From NCBI RefSeq assembly GCF_000143415.4, contig NW_003314293.1:1556457-1620456 (forward strand): a stretch of 64,000 nt of DNA. The letters run 5' to 3'. Positions 12,231 to 26,319 of this stretch are shown here, piece by piece. This DNA comes from Selaginella moellendorffii. Its lineage: Eukaryota; Plantae; Lycopodiophyta. The notes under the pieces were generated by a model. That model made no database searches. It was not told the DNA's origin and saw nothing but the letters and a program-made list of their open reading frames with translations. Each line of letters starts with the position of its first letter. Position 1 is the first letter of the stretch. A program made the position numbers and the translations under genes.

Positions 12231-13637
12231 TCACTTTGCTGGTACTACTCCACTTTCGACTAAATACTCCGCAAATTCGTCAATAAGGTATGGCCATGCG
12301 CCTTCCGCATCGTAATTTGACAGTGTCGGGCTAATACTCTAAGACAAAAGACTTCAGACATCAGTAGAAGTTTTAATCACGCAAGTACCACCTTTGAAAA
12401 CTCGAGAAGCTGAGACCATGTGTCCTTGGAAATGGCCTTATTGTGTTTCGCCTGCATACACAATCGCTTCAGAAACAACCAAGAGGGAACAACCACATAC
12501 TTGTAAGAATTGACACCAGATGTTGATGAGAGGCCAGCCTCTGTCTTCGTACAGCAGCTCCCACATTCTCACCGCCGTGTCTAACGCAAGCGATTTCTGG
12601 CCCTGAAACACACGCCCGTTCATGAAGACACCCAACAAAGAGAAAGGCGCACGTCACCTTTTCCCTGGCCCAGCAGAACGCAAAAGCATACAGCTCCCGG
12701 AATTTATCTGCGCAATGACAACTATCAGCCGAAACCGAAAGAAAAGCACGTAGCTCACGTTCATCTTTGAGCTCCGCTCGAAGTGCTGGAAGAACAGATC
12801 TTAGCTTGGGAATCGAATCAACCCTGGCATTCAGGAGAGCTATTTTTCTTCAACATGTGCTCAAAACGTAAGCCTTCATACCCGATAGAGTGGAAGCCTT
12901 GCATAAATTCTTTTTTGGACCATTCACACATAGTAGCCGCCTTCATGTGCCATGAGATTACAAGCTGCGAAGCACAGAAAGCATTATGTCACAGCCTTAA
13001 AAACGTTGTTCTTACCATGACGACATCGCCGGGGTCTACCTGGAGAGCAAATAAAAAAACACCAGCTTTAGCATGCCAGAGCTCTAAAATCTTTAAAGTT
13101 ACCTCCAGATCTTCGCAGAACAAAGAGATCCCATCCACTAAGACCATGTCAGAGTAGGGGTCTGCAAAAGAGACAAATGAGGAAGAGAAAGAAAGCCAAA
13201 GTATTCACGAAGGACCACCTTTGTAGCGAGAATACACTTCTTCCAGCTGATAAGGATCAAGCTTCGGCCTCGCAAAAGCCTGGTTATAGTATATATCCAG
13301 CGCTCCATCTAGATTCCAATCGCTGGCCTTGAGCGCGGCAAGAGCAGCCTTTTCACTGAAGCACAGGCAGTAAACAAAGAGATTTTGATAAGTAGGTAGC
13401 GAGAAAAACAAGCACAAGCCACCAAATGGAGCCTTCAATCAACAATACTTTGCCCCCGAGATCGACATGAATTGCTGGATTTTGTCTCGGCCTCTTCCAA
13501 ACTTATGCTGCAAGGAGCAGTGAAAGAGCGAATTAGCACCGAGAAACTCTCGCAAAATCTTCCACAGAACTAGCAAAACGATCCAGAGTCGTATTTCACG
13601 GGAAGAAATCGCAAGTCGTGGAGAAAGAACTCACCAT
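12231..13637 (-). CDS. DCN1: DCN1-like protein (defective in cullin neddylation, NEDD8 E3 cofactor), multi-exon
   Basis: Spliced product reads M|HKFGRGRDKIQQFMSISGA|SEKAALAALKASDWNL (UBA-like)...GQKSLALDTAVRMWELL...KAISKDTWSQLLEF...YDAEGAWPYLIDEFAEYL (PONY domain). The ATG forms its own coding exon. TGA at 12231-12233. Confidence 0.92.
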
Positions 13638-13857
13638 GCCGAAGAATCCTTGCGCATTGCCCGACATTTTGGAGCGCCTGGAGCTGGAATTCGTGAGCGC
13701 TCCCTCTCCCGCGTTGAGAAACCCTAGGGCGCCCGGTAGCGCATTCTGTCCCTCGCTCGAGAGGAGAGCACACGGCACCTGAGTAAAATGATCACGTGTT
13801 CGATTCCCATCCCATCATGGCGGATAAAATGCGATTCCCTAGAATCTTTTATTTCCC
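13638..13857. promoter_or_regulatory. Short bidirectional promoter (DCN1 / PPTase)
   Basis: 220 bp between divergent ATGs; telo-box AAACCCTA near 13718 and G-box CACGTG near 13793. Confidence 0.55.
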
Positions 13858-15240
13858 ATGGAAGAAGAGGGGGGATCGCGGCGCTGGGCAGTGAATGCCG
13901 CGGAATGGAAACCCTCGTCCGCGGAGTTCGATCTCTTTCTCTCGGCGCTACCGCTCTGCGACTGGGAGGCCGTGCTCAGGTATGGCGCTGGATCTCCTGC
14001 GGTGAAAATCTCATGGATCGCAGTGGATTTGGATAGGTTTGTGAGGATCGAGGATCGGAAGATGGGGATCTTGAGCCGGCTGCTACAGCGGAAGCTCGTG
14101 AATTCGGTTCTTGGGATTCCTTACAAGGAGATCATCATCCATCGCACTCCTCAAGGCAAGCCTTTTCTAGTACGTATAGAATTTGCCGGAAAAAAAGCGT
14201 GTTTTTTCTTCCTTTGGTTCTTCTACGTTCTTACTTCCTCGTGTTCTTGCTGTGATTGCCTTTCATCCTCGTTTAGTTTGCTTCTTTGATCTTGAAAGTT
14301 TCAGGAAAGTTTTTCCAAGCCTTGATGGGGAAAATGAGTGTGTGACCGTGTAGAATGCTTTGACATGTTTGATCTTTTATGGTTTGGTTTTTCTACGTTC
14401 TTACCAGGTTTTGATGTCGGGTTTTCCTTGCAAGTTTTGTTCTTGTTCTTGCTGCTTGGTTGCCTTCAATCCTCGTTTAATTTGATTCTGTGATCTGATT
14501 GACTTGTAAGTTCCACATTCAAGAGAGAGGCTTTGACAGCTTTGTTTGGTTTTTTTTTCTTTTTTTGTTTGCAGGCCAACGATAGACGACGCCTGAGCCT
14601 TCCAGAGTTTAATTTTAACGTTTCTCACCATGGAGACTATGTCGCAATCGCGTCGGAGCCACACCATTTCGTTGGCGTGGACGTCATGTCGCATGACCCC
14701 CGAATCAAAGAACAGCCACTCGCGTACGTGGAGAACTTTCGGTCCTGCTTCACAGCGCTTGAATGGGGAAACATTATGAGCTCGAAACCGGACCACAAAA
14801 AGATCTTGCACCAATTTTACAGGTAAAGAATCTCTATCACATTGTTTTCTATTCCATTCTCTTTTCACTACCGTGATCTCGTCTCTAACTTCAGGCATTG
14901 GTGCTTGAAGGAAGCGTACGTAAAAGCTATTGGAATCGGGCTTGGTTTCAACCTCCAGCGGCTCGAGTTCTTCTTTCTCGACGGGGAAATCTGGGGACAA
15001 GTAGCTAGCGTACGAATCGATGGCAAACATCGAGAAGATTGGTCATTCTCTTTGCATCAACTAGACAACGAGCACTGCGTAAGTTTCTCAGATCTTTTGG
15101 TCTAAACTATGAGAGTTTCTTCGCAGGTTTGCGTCGCAAAAGGCTCTTCGCAAGAAGGAAGCATGGAAAAATACCCGGTTGACAAGCAGCCATTTAAAAT
15201 TCTCACAGTGGATGAGCTCCTTCCAAACAATCAAAAATAA
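13858..15240 (+). CDS. 4'-phosphopantetheinyl transferase (Sfp/AASDHPPT type), multi-exon
   Basis: RTPQGKPFL, FNFNVSHHGDYVAIA, VGVDVM and WCLKEAYVKAIGIGL motifs; GT-AG introns; TAA at 15238-15240. Confidence 0.92.
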
Positions 15241-15828
15241 CGCTTGGAACTCTTGAAAACTCTGTGTCTTATCACTCCAAACTTCCGTGGAAGTATCGTA
15301 ACCGTCAGGCTTCTGTGGATTCCAATCGTACGCCTCGCGTAAAATGTGCCAGCATCTTTTCTATCTGGACACGTGGAGCTGCGCACTGTTTAGAAGTGTC
15401 CCAATGCGGCTACGCCACGTATTCGCCACCTGTCAAACCAGTCTGACGTGGGATGCTAGAATATGCCGCCGAAGCTGGAGGCTTGGTTCCCGAGGCTGGA
15501 CTTTTGTGTAGTAGTGGTTTTGTTTCATTTGGCAGTGTTTGTGGAAGGAGGAGGCTATGGCGCGTCGCGGCGAGGTCTTGTCCCTGGCGGCCGCTCTCGA
15601 AGAAATGCGATGCCTCGCGAAGGCGCTCGGCATCTAGATGCGGAGCTCACGGCGCGGCAGTGTTTCTTCCATCCCCGGGCAGGGAGATTTCGAGGTTTCT
15701 GGTCTCAAGCAGCTGGAGCTAGGGCGCATTGGCTGTGGATGAGGGATCGCCGGAATCGCAGGCCGCGGATCTGATCGTTCCGGTAGCGCTAGGGTTTTTG
15801 TTTCACTGTTCTCGCTTCGTCCTCCGCC

Positions 15829-17161
<1,333 letters not shown>

Positions 17162-17511
17162 GAAAGGCAAGTTCCATCTTACTGTTCTTCTGGGGGCTTA
17201 AGTTTGAGGGGAGAGGGAGAGAGGAGAGAGGGATCGATCGAGCTGCGGAAACCAGGAAGGAATTTGATGGGGGATATGTATAGCGTCGAATGTAGTTCGC
17301 TTGGTTGGGGGAGCAAAAAAAAAGAAGAGAAAAGAGAGAGGAGCTGGCTGTAACATTTGCAGAAGAAGGCCACGGCTTGTTCTTGTGCAAGAATTTTAGA
17401 TGGGAGTGGAGGCTTGCAAAAAGGTCTATTCTTTGATTTCGTTCTTTGTTTTTACCTTTCGTTTTTGTTATAAATTTTTTGGTTTAGTGGACACTTGCAA
17501 CTTCTTTAATC

Positions 17512-19550
17512 TGTCATCCAATGGCTAGTAATTCCTCACACTGTCGTCGGTAATCTTCCTCCTGAGTTCCTTCCACCTTCTCTGTATGTTCTTCTAAGAA
17601 TATGTCTTAGTCTTCATTGAATGCATGTGTAATCTGTAATTATGTGAAGGGTAGTAGACCTGGAACAAGTAGTTTCTACTTTAAAGGTTTTTTAACTTTT
17701 TATGTTCTTCTCTTTAGAGACATCGATGGCTGCATTGCAAGTGAGAATCCAAATGTGCATATTGGCTAAATCAGGCCAATGTGAAGCAATCCTTCCTCAC
17801 TCTGCCGCACGACTCGCTCTTCTAAATCACTGCAAGATGCTCAAGATCTACCTGATGAACATTGAGACTAATGATGAGGAAATGAATGTAAACATTGAGG
17901 AGATGAGCAGAATGGCATTAGTAACAATTATGAAGAGGATCAGTTCTGTTGGTTATTCTCAATGTCTAGGAATGTGAAAAACAAGCAAACAGATCTACCT
18001 TTGAGACAAATGGTGAGGAAATAACACTTTTACCTGATGAACATGGAGACTACTGGTGAGGAAATAACACTTTTAGATGTGAAGAATGAGGAGATGAGCA
18101 AAATGGCACTAGTAACAATTATGAAGAGGATCAGTTCTCTTGGCTGATCTCAATGTCTAAAAACAAGTAAACAGTACCTTTAATTAACTGTAAGCCAACA
18201 AAACCAATGAGAAATAAAAAGGAGGGGCAGAAGGAAATTAACCATTTGCTCTTTGTCGTGCCATGTGCATCCATGTGAGTATGTTGAAGACATTTGCTCT
18301 ATGAGTATTGCAAGAGGAAAAGAAAAACGCACGAAAATCTAATCAATTTAGGATATAGTTAAATAATTGTTTCTTGGCTAAATTTGAGGAGGATACCACC
18401 AGATTTTCTTAGCTTCTCTTTCTACCATGAAAATGTTGAGTGAAGATTTACCACTGGATGATAAGATTGCTACCCTGACAGCACCAGGTTGTAGCTTCAA
18501 TCCAAGAAGCTCCTTATTCCAAGGCACCAATGTTGCCCTTATGCCTTTTTTTCAATCTTGATTTTAACGTTGTTCAAAGTGTTTAATTAATTATTAGTAA
18601 ATACTTTATATTAAAAGAATTAATTAAAAGCCAGAAAAGTTAAAAAATATACTATGAATAGGGGCTAAAGTCTCTAAGAAAAATATATCAGGTCTCGTTG
18701 TACAATGGATCAATGCACATAGATTTTGGTTTGCAAATTCCAGCTCTTATAATTGCAAATTCCAGCTCTTATAATCTATATAACTCCCTGCACTCAGATC
18801 TTAGATAGTTTCACTCCGTGTCCACCCACTCACTCCTGTTATCCTATGGCCATTGTACACTACTCGACTCAGGCGTGGCTGCATTGTCGGGAAGCGATGC
18901 TCCGGAAACACTTTTTCGTTTGTTCCACGCTTTTGCCGGGAAAGTTGGCTTGTGCCCTCGAAGAGCGTGCAATCGATGTAGATAGTGTAATCGACCATGT
19001 AGTTTTTGCGATCTCACACTTTGCAGAGCCAGTCGAATAACCTTGGGTTTGCTTTCCCAGCGCTACCTAAGCATTCTCCACCTTAGCTGGTATGTTGCCC
19101 ACGACAACCTTTGGGGAAAGTCATCACCTGTGGGTAGGTCGTGTTTCCTAGAAATATGCTGGTAGCTCGTCTTGTTCATTTTGCTGCTCGTCCAGCAACT
19201 TCCCAATCTAAGATCGGGAAGCGGTCCTCTCTGATAGCTCCTTCATTTTCTTTCCCAACCACTCGTCATTCTCTCCTGGTGTCTTACTTTTGATCTGGTC
19301 ATACCTTTGGATGATAGTCCTTAAAGCTATTCCCGGCCAGGGAAGAAAAACGTCCTTCCAGATCGATGTTCGAGAAGCCATCTTTTCAGCAAATGCTCGG
19401 TTTTTCGCAAAGGACACCAGCTCTCTAGTCTATCATCCAAGAAGGATCTCAACTTTCCACTGCTACTTGCCCTATAGTTTTGTTTGAACCCTCTAGTCTT
19501 CGTCCTCCAGCTTATTGTTGTTGAGTCGGCATTTTCTATAGACAATGATC
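17512..19550. repeat. Dispersed repeat copy 1 (decayed unknown gene or TE), paralogous to 28740-30087
   Basis: Shared blocks TGTCATCCAATG..., GCTCAAGATC...GAGGAGATGAGCAGAATG, GGATCAATGCACATAGATTTTGG... and ...GGCATTTTCTATAGACAA occur in the same order. Internal tandem duplication at about 17846-18137. Confidence 0.85.
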
Positions 19551-20460
19551 TCAGAGGGGCAAGATTCACATTGCGGACTGAATACTACAGCTTAAAGTAC
19601 TTGCTGGAGCAAACTCAGCTCAACAAAAAGCAGAGACGATGGATGGAGAAGCTGCAAGCTCTGGATTTTACAATCGAGATCCCCAGGATGAGTCGTTGGG
19701 ACCCCTCTTCAATAGGCTCTTTACACACCCAGAAATTGCCTTCAAGGACGGCTTGATGTGGAGGATGGAGGAAGGGCAAGCACGTTGGCTGCAATAAAGA
19801 GACAGTTCTATTGGAAAGGGATGCAAAGTGAAGTAAAGCGCTGGGTAAGAGAGTGCACAGTTTGCCAACAGATCAAGACAAAGACAGTAGCGTCCCTGGG
19901 GCTGCTGAAACCACTCCCAGTTGCTCAAGCTCCGTTTGCATCGATAATGATGGATTTTGTCTCAGGATTGCCGAAGGCTGCTGGTTTTGATGCCATCATG
20001 GTGGTAGTTGACCAGCTCACCAAGGTCAGTCATTTCATCCCCTCCGCAATGACAGCTCGAAAGATGGTAGAGCTTTTTTGACAATATCTAGAGATAATCT
20101 CCGATCAAGATTCCAGGTTCTTGAGATGTCCCTCTTTCAGGTCATGGGGACCAAGCTGAGCTTCAGCTCTGCATACCACTCTCTGACAGATGGCCAAACA
20201 GAGAGGGTAAACCAAACAATGGAAATGTACCTTTGATGCAACACCTTGGACAAGCCAGGGAGCTGGGTGAAGTGGCTACCTTTTGCTGAGTTCGCTTGCC
20301 CAGGCTTTATATTGTCGGCAAATTAAAACCGGTTCTTATGTCGATTGGGATGGAAGGCCCTGAGGTAGATCCAAGCTACAGGCTCGTTTATTCGGGCCGT
20401 TTCAAGTGCTCCAAGTCATCAACGAATTGGCATACCATTTGGACTTGCGTCTACATGGTC
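19550..20460 (+). pseudogene. Ty3/gypsy pol fragment (RNase H C-terminus + integrase), frameshifted and internally deleted
   Basis: FTLRTEYYSLKYLL..QRRWMEKLQ; FYWKGMQSEVKRWVRECTVCQQIK (zinc-finger Cys pair); MDFVSGLP; VVVDQLTK; SAYHSLTDGQTERVNQTMEMYL; WVKWLPFAEFA; FIRAV/GPF-type GPY/F remnant near 20390. Confidence 0.92.
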
Positions 20461-21302
20461 TTCCTGTATCAGATCTCAAACAGCACTGTTGGGGAGCTAC
20501 CTTCAATCCAAATTCCAAACCAGTGGGCGACAAACAAGTGCTCTTAGCCCTAGATCATTGTTGAGATGCAATTGCAAAACTGCTGCTCTTGTCCATTCTA
20601 GAGGACTCTTGCCTCTTCTCATTTCTTGTCTACTGCTATTCAGCCAGATTTACAACAAGAGTCCTCACAGTAGAAATATCCATATTGGATTGACAAGTGA
20701 ACGTGTGTAAATATTTATATGGAGAAAATGTAAAGTGGTAGACTGTGTAACTGCCTCAAAGAATCGAAGCCTAGGGAAACTACGCTTGGGAGAAGTAATG
20801 GGGAAGTTTGGATGAGAGCAAGCAGATCTTGATCACTCACAAGCCAGCATATGAACAATTGATTGCAGAAGAAGACGCAAGAAAATGACATCGAGCAATT
20901 GAATGCTTTATTGTCCAGCAAGGTTGGCCAGTGATTGAGACCCTTGCAGGAATGACAACAAGCAAAGCCCTTCTAATCCCTATGTTTAGTGGCACTGATT
21001 TTGAAAACTAGGCAAAAGAGATTTTGTTGAATTTTCTCTGGGAAGATTGTCTGCTATTGCAACATTCTAACCTGATCAAGTTGAAGCCTAAAGAAAGCAC
21101 ACAAAGATTTTTCTTTATCAGTGACTGCATTTCTAGTGACAATACTTCATTATTGCCATCATAACATCACTCATTATTTTATCTTCAATTATACTTAAAA
21201 TAAAGGAAAATCAAAACACACTTTACAAGAAAGATCAAATAATGATAGTAAATTCTTAGAGCTATAACTTTATTTTGTTTTCTCAAAATAGGGTTTTTTG
21301 CA

Positions 21303-21751
21303 ACTCGGCAAGAAGCATGTAGGTAAGGAGGATTCCTGAAAGGCTATTGCAAGGATTGCTATGGTGCTACTTGAGCTCCCATGGTGATTGCCCTTGCTTA
21401 GTTTGGGTAGCCATAGCATTGCAGCAGCTATGACTACTCAAGCTAGGCAAAGGTGATTCTACTGTGGGAGCTTAAGTGGTGCCATGGCAATTCTTGTAGC
21501 AGCCTTGACCCAAACTTTTGCATGAAGGGGGAGTAACCCCCTATGGCAGCTTCAAATGGTCCACCATTTAGAGCTGCTGTGGGAGGAGCCTCTCCTTTAC
21601 ATGGCAGCTTACATGCGGTCGGGGTAGTTTAGATGATGGCAAGCTTGGCTAACCTAAGCTACTAGTTAAGGGTGAGTAACACTATGGCTCCCTTTGCAAC
21701 AACTAGGATGGTTGCAAGTTTAGCCAGTTATTGATCTTTTTTTTTTTTTTT
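21303..21751 (+). other. Multi-hairpin structured element followed by an oligo-T run
   Basis: Hairpin 21340-21506 with arms of about 78 bp, hairpin 21521-21603, smaller stems to about 21725, and about 15 T at 21737-21751. Confidence 0.7.
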
Positions 21752-22714
21752 CAAGTTTATGCCTATGTTTGCTAGACTGCATAGAAGGAAATATTTATCA
21801 AGAAAAATACAATGTAAGTGACTAAATTTTTTATTCTACTTTAATACACTTTTGACCATTTGAAGGAGTCTTGCTCACAATCTTCATAAGTCTTCATTTG
21901 AACTTAAGGTATTTACTAAGACCCTAAATGTGGCATTCAAGCTATATTACCTTTGCACTCAATCCAAGTGCTCTATGTATTTAAGTTCCATTCCCGATAC
22001 CCAAAAGTACCATTAACATCTTAGCTTTTTATGCTAAAGCTTTATTTATTTTTAATATCTCAATCTGTACTATATACCACCCATTGCTCTAAGATTAAAC
22101 TATCCATTTTAAATGTGGTCATTTTATGACTATACTTTAGCATTTTTAGGATGCCCCAAAACATAGGGAATAACATCTCCCATTATCCCTTCTTCGATCC
22201 TTGTCAACTTCCTCATTTCCATAAATAATGTTTGCTAATATTGCCATTGGGTTAGGACCTAAAGGCTTATTCACTAATTCCCACTAACCTTTAGGATTTT
22301 CAGTGGTCTCTTAGTTATTAAGTAAAAGGGCCATTCCTTTTCCTTCCCATTCCTGTTAAGGACTTTGGGGTGATATTTCAAAACACTATTGCCCAATATG
22401 AGATTCATAGGTACTACCCCCACTTTCCACCATTATAGTGCCCCAATTAGATTCTGATAAACCACATAAGGTGCCACTCACACTTGGATTGGAAACATTA
22501 ACCATTCAATCTCCCAAAAAAGCTAGAGTTGACTTTTGAACATTTCATTATGTCACCCTACTTGTCCATCCATATTCATTTTAGCCCTATACTCTCTAAT
22601 CACTCATCATATAAGTATAACCTTTTTTTGTCACATTAATTCCCTTAGAGTCCTTCCCTTTACTGTTTACAAAACCCTCTAGAGTCTAGAAGACTATTGC
22701 TTTAAGCTTTTACA

Positions 22715-22913
22715 TGTAAGCTCCTTGATTTGAATAATATTAGGTTGAGTGACCTTTTAGGAAGTCTAAATCACTCGAGAGACGATTTATAGGGGTCAAA
22801 CATAAAAGGAAAGGATTCATGAATAAGAGTGCACCCCTGGGGTTAAGTGTCCTCGGATTTGAATAATACTAGGTTGGGTGACCTCCTGACAAGTTTAAAT
22901 TCAAAAAGTTACA
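22715..22913 (+). mobile_element. Element with two tandem 5S rRNA-derived cassettes (Cassandra-like or 5S pseudogene remnant)
   Basis: 22842-22894 GTTAAGTGTCCTCGGATTTGAATAATACTAGGTTGGGTGACCTCCTGACAAGT aligns ungapped to the plant 5S box A/IE/box C region; a more decayed copy lies at about 22716-22766. Confidence 0.7.
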
Positions 22914-23905
22914 TTACCTTTTAGATTCGGACTCAATCCCAAACTAAACCCAATATTAGACTTGAACTTAAACCTAAATATTCAAGTGTAGCACATGTGG
23001 TTTTCACCTTTTATCCTATGGTGTTTTACTATATAATAACCACGAAGCAAAACCTAAACCCTTCATATGCCATGTGTCATATGCCACATGCTACATGTCC
23101 AAAGATAATGGTGCGAAACCTAAATTTCAAAGCCTTGGACCATTGAATGAAAGAGCGGAGCCAAACTCTTAAGTATGAAGCCAAGGAATGAAGAAACTAG
23201 AGCATGAAGTGACTTATAAACATTCAACTCAAAGAGCAAAGGGACAGGAGCACGAGTGATTTGGAACAGTCCTAGAACATCCAACATCTCAATGCCAAGA
23301 CCAATACACAAAACAGAGCTAAACAAAGTTTAACACTATTTCAGTATACTAGTGGCTTAACACGAGGATATGAGTACTCCACTAGCTAACATGGTGTGGA
23401 ATTTGGGTTTAGACCCAAGCTGGACATAGAATAAAGATAGACATGCAAGCAAGAACTAAACTATATCTTAGGTTGGTTAACCATACTTAACCTACCCACT
23501 ATCTCTGTTCTCTTTCAACTTGAAATTTACTATATATGGAATGACACTAGATTACAAATATAGACACAAGACCAACACCAATGTGTTTAGAAGAATTTCT
23601 ACATTTTGTAGATATGCCAAATTAATAAATCTGGACACTTTCTATAAATAGCAATTAGGCTTGTCAAGCCAATGTAGGACAAAGCAAAAAAGAATTAATA
23701 AGTCAAGGCAAGTATGTTTGGCTAAATAAACATTTAGGAGTTCCTTCCTTATACTCATCCTACCAAGTACAGATGCTAAATCAAGTTTATTAACATTTCA
23801 ATAAGAAGGACTTATAGAGGGTTTAGCAATGTTGACATTTTACCGTCATGGCAATAGAGAAAGAATTAGCTAACAATAATTTTTGATACCCATAGTCACA
23901 TTTAC

Positions 23906-23946
23906 AACACTCTCCCCCTTTTAGGGAAAATCGACATCCTTATTGA
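23906..23946 (-). other. PPT / 3'-LTR junction of an old minus-strand LTR element
   Basis: The minus strand reads AAGGATGTCGATTTTCCCTAAAAGGGGGAGAGTGTTGT, resembling the GAGGACATCGA...PPT-TG junction at 4981-5016. The surrounding 21.8-26.3 kb is AT-rich with no ORFs. Confidence 0.45.
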
Positions 23947-26319
23947 TGCACACTCTAGTCTACAACACCATTAAAGAAACAACTTTAGAAAAAATTCATG
24001 ATGTTCACACTTTATAAAAAATGCACTAGCTTAAATAAGTTAGAGTAACCTCTTTGTCTAACATAAATGTATTACACTCAAACACCTTTTGGCTGTTGCC
24101 AATAAGGAAATGACCAATGGAGTTAGCCACCCTTTCTGCTTTGGGTGTCATCCAACTTATAAAAGAGTGATATGTCTCTACCCACATGTGATATAAAGAG
24201 AGAAGTTAAAAGCCCCAACCCTCATGAGCAAAGAAACTAAACCTGTCAATAAGGTTTAGATAGACTACTGTAAATAAGCAATTAGAGTTGTTTACATAGT
24301 CACACTCTTTTATAAGGAACATCAAGAGAGAGATGGGTGATGTGACTAGTCAACAGTAGCTACCCCATGACTAAAAATTTCACTATGCACATTAAGTGCT
24401 ATAGTTAATCTACTTATACTGGCCCAAACCCAAAGATCAAGAGATGGACGATATTAAAGTCATAGACAATGATATCTTAGAGATTTAATTATTAATGAAT
24501 AAATCTTATATTAGAACACAAAATATTCCAAGTACATTATTATCTAATAAACCATATATTAGAGTATAGAAACCACCAAGATCACTATAGGTGGAAAATA
24601 TAAAATTCACTATCTAACAAAATTCAATAGTAGACTCTATCCAACTCAATTGCTTTAACCCTAAAAGTTAGCATCTCTTTCAAGTCGCATCATACAAACT
24701 TTAGGTCAACCAAATTCAACTTCAACCCCTTCACTAGTTTATATTGGCTTATGAAAACAAAATGGTTTTTAGGCAATATGAGCAACAAATTAGCCATTGG
24801 AAAAGTTTAAGAAAATTTATGAAAAATTTTCCATCCTAGAGAAAGAATAACTCCTAATCTATGAATACAAACTTTCAAGATTCAACTCACCTCTTCCTAC
24901 CAACAACTTTATATAGGTTCACCTCAACATAAATTCTCATGACCCAACACAAATGAATACTCAAGACTCGATCATAAACACTATATCTTTGGATATCCAC
25001 ATTACACTAACACTCTTTTTCAATCACTTTGAAGATCTAGTATAAAAATAAAACACGAACAAGAAAAATGATATGAAAAATCAAAGTTTATAGAAAACTC
25101 CTCATCACTCAAGCAACAATGCCACTTCCACTAACATAAATGCTAGTGATGTCAATGCCTCAACTACATATCTTTTCTATCCAACAATTTACTCCAAGTG
25201 TTAATGGATAAACTAACAAGTCATAGCAAGTGAATGTTATAACCCTTTCCAACACTATAATAGGCAAACTCTTAAGAACCAAGATACCAACTCAAACTTA
25301 ACATAATTGACCACTATTGAGAATTAAGTCAAAGCTATTTTAATGCTACTATTTGTAAATAGACTAGCTTCAACAAGGTGTTAATTGATTGTTCGTATTC
25401 ACATTATGCAATCAAGAGTCCCTATCTTAATGCATATTGGTTATAATAGTCTTATAAATGGTGAGTTAGGGGATAGATAGTGGTGCAGCGCTAGATGATT
25501 TTGTCTAGGCATGCTATTTAAAACTTGGGTTATAATGTTTAATTCTTTTCTAGGGATCCTTGTTATTGCTTTTTGAGTAGCTTGGTGTAAAATTAATTTT
25601 GAGTTTAGTAAAAAATAAAGTGGTATAAGCTTGTTTATATTATGAACAAAGTTGGTGATGTTTGGTGTTGTAAATCTTTATTAATAGGGTGTGGTATTTG
25701 TGTTGCATTTTGTTAAATAGTGTTGGCACTCATATAAAATTTTGAAGTAATAATATAGGCTTGCTTGTGGTGTTGCTTAATTGATGATCAAGTCATTATG
25801 ATTTTTATATCATATCCATATGATAGTGAGTAATGTGTTTACGAAGTTGTTTGGTTAAACGATAATCAACCCCAAAGTGGTTAGTAATGATTGCAAATCA
25901 TCTTTCCAAATAAAGAAAATAATTTACGTGTTTGATCCTTCACCCTTGATGGCTCTCTTTTTAGTTTTATCTTGACTAAACCTCAAGCTTGCATTCATAT
26001 TGCCTTCAGTTCAATCTAAGAAAGATTTATGAAAGAGCATGGCAATGATTACTTGAACCAATAGACTAATCCCTACAATCTTGATTAATCCACTTATAAT
26101 CATGCCTATGAAGGATCCATTAGTGCCATGCTAAATAGTTACAAATCAGCTTATTCACTGCTCATAGCAAACCTAGTGAAAATTTACTTTTCACTCATAG
26201 TATATGATTCAACCCATGGTAACCTCCAAAAGGCTAATATTAATCCTAACCTTGAGTTATTAATGTACTTCATATATAAACCCAAGTGCAAACTCGAGCA
26301 AATAGAACATTTCAAATTT

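Noticed and set aside
21303-21751. Hammerhead ribozyme or telomerase RNA interpretation of the hairpin element
   Set aside because: No CUGANGA/GAAA core in proper stems and no telomeric template on the structured strand.
22715-22913. Functional 5S rRNA gene
   Set aside because: Only about 55 nt of the internal control region is present and the 5' half is missing.
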